A stretch of 64,000 nucleotides of DNA from Podospora anserina (taxonomy: Eukaryota). The translations under genes were made by a program, and so were the position numbers. Shown one piece after another: positions 61,629-64,000 of the stretch (positions are counted from its first letter, which is position 1; each line of letters begins with the position of its first letter). A model generated the notes under the pieces. The model did not search any database, was not told the DNA's origin, and worked only from the letters and a program-made list of their open reading frames with translations. The stretch lies in the NCBI GenBank assembly GCA_017654855.1, contig CM030335.1, forward strand, positions 310,001 to 374,000, read 5' to 3'.

Positions 61629-64000
61629 TATTGGGTGCTGTTGTTATGGGACTAAAGGGGGAGTGTGTGCCTGTGTGGAGGGGGTAATAGGTGATGGTGG
61701 ATGCTCTTTATGGGGATAGTAACGGCGGGAGTGGCTAAGGTATTGTAGTGATCGATGGACAGCTTGAGAACTACGGAAGGTTATCACAGATAAAGAGGGC
61801 GGAGTTTTTTTGGGGGGGAGGGGGAGGGGGGGGGGTGGGGTGTGTTAGTGATGCCGGTTGGAAAGGCACGGCATACCTAAGGGGAGGAGTACGCAGTGTG
61901 GGTGAGCATTTCTGTTGAAGAGTGCTGATAGTGAGGAATAGAGTCGGGTCAGAATCACAGTCGAAGAGCAGCTGGACAGTTTTAGATTAGCACATCAGAG
62001 ATATGTAGCGAGAAAGGTTGATATCTAACCAGAAGTATGCCGACCCATTTCAGTGTACCTATTGATCCCAAATGGCGGTTACTGCCGGAGATTTTGCTAG
62101 GTACAAAAGCTCCAGATGGTTCGAGGTTAGGGATATTTAAAGCAAGCATATCCTGTGGTTGATACCACTGCGTCGTCATGGATGAGAGAGAACCAAGTCA
62201 TGTCATTTGGAATAAAGGCACCTTGAATGAAGAATTGATGGCCTGGTATGACTATCTGAGATGTGCAAAAGGACAGGGAAAGGTAAGCGGTTCTATGTTG
62301 CCAATGATTATGGGGTATATTGGAGGGGGAACACTTGGGCGTGGCAGAGGGTGGTCGACTGTGTTGTGGTATATGGCTGCATATGGCCCACGTTGTCCAA
62401 CTGGTAGCGAAGGGGACGGTGGTGGGACAGGTGGTTTGGTTCAGGATTAGGTAAGCAAGACTGCCCGGCTGCGCATCCAAATCTCGGGGGTTCGTGGTGG
62501 TCGGTCAACAGGATGATTTCCATATCGTTTGCTCGTCAGTCGAAATGTCATGTGGATGGGTGTGTATTGGGTGTGAAACTTTGCCCATCTGCGACAACAC
62601 GATTCGGGGGAAGGGAACCAGGTGGGTTGGGTCGTGTTTGTGGTCTTGACGGCACATTAAGTCGATCTTTTTGCCCGCCCTCTGGGGCTTAGTGTGTCGA
62701 AGAACACCAGGATGGAAACGTGACTGGGACCTGGCACGCATGGCGACAGGCATGGTTAGACCCCGGCGTACAAGAAGTGGATGAGAGACAGCGATGATGG
62801 AGAACAGTAATATAGACATGAACAGAGGCCATCATCAATGGCAGCGGGCGTCGACTGCTTGTACCCCGCCTCAGTAGTCTGCCGTGAGGTCCCAAGCCGA
62901 TGCAAACACACTGTTTTGATTATGTAAACCTGTGAAAAGTTCTGTTGTCTGCTTGCATTTCTGGTTTGTCACGTGCGACTGTCCAGCAAAATGTAAACAA
63001 ACCACTTGCGCCGTTGCCATTTCACAGAACAGTTTGCTACAGGGTGATTGTTTACTTTTTTTCAGGGGCATTTAGGGGACCATGCCAAGAGATGACGCTA
63101 CCCCGGATCTGCAGTTGGGCCCCCAACGACAGGGCTGTTTTAGCGAGCCCCACTCTTGACGACAGGGTAGTTGAGCCGCAATTAAGCACCATGCAGGTCA
63201 ACTTTTTGCTGTCGTGGAAAAGATGGGAGCACTTTTGATATCGAGGTTGGGAGTATATATTTTATACGACAGATGGCATTTTGGAGCATCATAAATACGT
63301 AGGAGACATGGGCAAACTTTGGATGCCAAACAGGCTGCGGAAGTGCTCTGCTTGATATGATGGACTTCTGGCTGGGATCTGTGACTGTTTGACGAATGGG
63401 ATGATTGTGTGATGAGGGGAAATAGATGTTTCTTAAACCATTAAGTCGACCTTTGCTTCCAGTCAAAGATGTCAGTCGCATCAAGGGAATGAAAGTGCCA
63501 TCTGTGGGAGGCGACAGCGAAGAGGACGACGACAGCGGGCAGAAGATGTGACTCGAGGTTATCTCTCTTCCCCAAGGTCCTGGAAACGCAGGAAAGTCGC
63601 AAAATCTGTCTCTATAGTGGCCCATCATCTCAAGCCTCGATCAAGGGACTGTTGTGATGCTGATCCTGTTGCTCAAGACCACCCACATCAACAGCAACAG
63701 ATATAAAGTCGGGCGGAGGAAGAAAACATAGATATATTACACTCTCAAATTACTGAATTGGGCTACAAAGCATCTATCTCATCATCACAATCATTCTTCA
63801 CTACCTTTGGCCTGGTCAAAAAATGCCACCCATTGCTGGAAAGTTCGTGTTTGGGGGAGAAAGGAGGATGCCCTGTTGACATTCTGAATGACCCGCAATC
63901 GCTGACGTCGCTGCTAAGATAGAGCAACATTTACAAACAAAATCTGGACCATCGCCATAGCGACTGTCAAAAGCGGGGGCCTCATTCACACAAGTATTTA

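Noticed and set aside
1-64000. Transposons, Starship captain, NLR/HET genes, Spok genes, CRISPR or secondary-metabolite backbone genes
   Set aside because: I saw no transposase, reverse transcriptase, tyrosine recombinase, NACHT/NB-ARC, HET, PKS/NRPS motifs, LTR/TIR pairs or spacer arrays.

Overview
Eukaryotic, intron-containing DNA from a filamentous ascomycete (Sordariales-like; gene style and synteny fit Podospora or a relative, but this is inferred, not proven). Conserved genes, in order: a U5 snRNP 40 kDa WD40 protein (runs off the left edge), BET3, a Cys-rich single-pass membrane protein, an AtuA/DUF1446-DUF4387 fusion enzyme divergent from an ACS-family MFS permease, an S33/TAP-like peptidase, a GH16, tRNA-Ser(AGA), a dispersed 5S rRNA gene, a GMC oxidoreductase, a phytochrome histidine kinase, a SOM1/Flo8-like LisH regulator, a GNT1-like GT8, a conserved coiled-coil protein, and an L-rhamnose catabolic cluster (LRA1, LRA3, RhaR/PDR-1). 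The most interesting signal is only partly visible in the ORF track: a family of small (93-100 aa) two-exon orphan genes. There are three intact copies at 4.8-6.9 kb, a decayed copy at 7.2-7.7 kb, a divergent intact copy at 40.9-41.3 kb with a GC-AG intron, and a possible remnant at 40.4 kb. The four intact copies share a phase-2 intron and the motifs (F/L)NS(I/L)xDxMIxxH(I/L)D and YHxxExxxWKxL. I cannot assign them to a known family. Also noted: a frameshifted secreted NTF2-like gene, an internally deleted esterase pseudogene and a possibly RIP-decayed Asp-repeat relic. Splice models were worked out by hand and no database searches were run.
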